From Camelus ferus (lineage: Eukaryota), in assembly GCF_009834535.1 (NCBI RefSeq), contig NC_045697.1:14076001-14140000 (forward strand): a stretch of 64,000 bases of DNA, read 5' to 3'. This document shows positions 62,421 to 64,000 of this stretch, piece by piece. Position 1 is the stretch's first letter. Each line of letters begins with the position of its first letter. The notes beneath the pieces were generated by a model that saw nothing but the letters and a program-made list of their open reading frames with translations, had not been told where the DNA came from and did no database searches. Both the position numbers and the translations under genes were made by a program.

Positions 62421-64000
62421 CTACAAATTTTTTCTCTATGTCTGTACATATACAAAACATAAATACCTCTTGGGGAGAGCTATTTCAGCTTTGGCATGTG
62501 GATTTTTTTTATAGTTTGTGAAAATAATTTAATTCGAAAAATACTGAAAAGAATGCCGAACCATTGAAAGCTAGTGAGCTGAAAGTGTCATTTAAAATAA
62601 ACTAACATGGTTAAATATAGTGTAAATGTCTTCAGAACTAGTTGGAGCTTTTGCATGCCCAGTTACACTGTGTTGTATGCTTCACTGATGTAAGATGTGC
62701 TCATTGCTGACCAGAGGAGAGTGTTTACATGCCACACAGCCCAGTTATACCAGCATGTCATTTCCATGTTCTAAGGGTCTGCAGTATTACAGCAGGATGA
62801 TTTACCGATCATTTCCCATTTTCTGCCATCTTTGAAATAGGCACCAGAAAGTGATATATTGGTAACAGTTCATTCTTTAGGAACTCTAAAAGTGTGAAGA
62901 CATGTATTTTTGAAAGATAGCAGTAATTAGAGAGCAAGAGAAAAACATATATGGCAGTGGGGAGGGAAGATCTTTATGGGTTAAACATACTTTTGAATTT
63001 TTTGATTGGAGCAGTTAGAAGACTGTGTCCTAACTAAAACTGAACTTCTAATAAACTTTCCAGCTGGTTTTGATGAAGTGGTAACAACAGATTGCTTTAA
63101 GATGTACATACACACAGTGATAAAATGTGTTGGAGTCGTTCACATACATTCTGTGGAGGAAAAGTTCCTGGCGCCTTATATATGAAAAAGTCTTTTTTCA
63201 TAGTATGCGGTTATAAAATTTTCTCCCTCTAGTTTTCAGTTTTCTAAATACATGTTTACTTTGCAATTCAAAATATTAAATTTTCTTTCTATGAAGGACC
63301 AGCTCCAGGAAGGCTCTTAAATCTAGTGGACGTTTGCTACAGCTTGCAAATACATCTCAGCCATTACACTATCTGTTTTGGTAACTCTGGAATGTTTTAA
63401 ATCAGATTCTTCATGGAACAATGAATTCAAATTTGTTCTGTATAAAATTCAGCAGATTCTGTGCTGTTAGAGTAGAAGATGAGAGGATAGCAAAGCTAGA
63501 AACTGTAAATTTCATTTGCTTCCTTTTAACCTTCACCTGAAAATGCTAGTATTTTTCTTCCTTATTTTTTATAATCTAGTTTTAACACGTCCCCTCTTTT
63601 TTTGGAGGAAGAGCAGCATTTGAGATGTGTCCTGTTTGTAGTTTGTCAAATATAAAGTTCTTGTAATGAAAAACAAAAATTCTTTATCCTGGAGCCCTAA
63701 AAGTTTACAGGAAACGTGTATTAGTTTAGTTTTCCACTGAAGACAAGAAAATAGACATTTTAAAATATTTTAAAATTTACTGTTTGACACCTGGCAGTGG
63801 CAGAATATTTTCCTGCTTGAGAATCTTTCTCTGTGAATGAAGAGGCAGTTATGTTGTGTCTTAGCAGACTGCTGAGACAGTGGCAGAAACACTGATCAGC
63901 TCCTGAGTGAATATAAATAACCAAGTAAGCTTTGTTTCAAATACTTTTTTTTTTTTTTGGAACAAGGTTGGAAGTAAATAGATAAGTAAAGAAAAGCAAG

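Larger units (their letters stand above)
1..64000 (+). other. SLIT2: SLIT2 gene, internal segment (3' part of the large intron preceding the exon at 26183 through the intron after the exon at 48136)
   Basis: The exons below splice in frame into one continuous peptide that I recognise as SLIT2 LRR domain 1 end to domain 2 start. No start codon or terminal exon is in the window. Exon numbering is inferred from the human gene. Confidence 0.95.

Noticed and set aside
48275..64000. Next SLIT2 LRR exon and the intronic miR-218-1 hairpin
   Set aside because: I found no sequence encoding the expected RLEQN... repeat and no TTGTGCTTGATCTAACCATGT. Both are expected further downstream.
1..64000. CRISPR array, prokaryotic operon or viral insertion
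   Set aside because: No regularly spaced repeat-spacer array and no dense coding. The content is mammalian intron with LINE/SINE relics.

Overview
This is AT-rich mammalian genomic DNA lying entirely inside the + strand of SLIT2, the axon-guidance ligand of ROBO receptors. A Vic-1-type tRNA-derived SINE points to a camelid source. The window holds five canonical coding exons: three 72-nt single-LRR exons, a 164-nt exon carrying the LRR C-terminal cap, and a 139-nt exon carrying the domain-2 N-terminal cap. These correspond to about exons 5-9 by analogy with human. Between the last two lies a 12-nt microexon (47188-47199, adds DEEE) with a non-canonical GC donor, flanked by QKI-type (ACTAAY) and RBFOX-type (TGCATG) motifs. 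The rest is intron: truncated L1 copies (mostly antisense, one apparently 5'-inverted by twin priming), MIR/L2/DNA-transposon relics, microsatellites and a few candidate TALE/HOX enhancer blocks. Nearly all ORFs in the supplied track are spurious or L1-derived. I found no convincing new biological system. The microexon is probably an already reported SLIT2 isoform; its apparent cis-regulatory architecture is the most interesting thing here. Repeat family names and boundaries were recognised by eye and are approximate.
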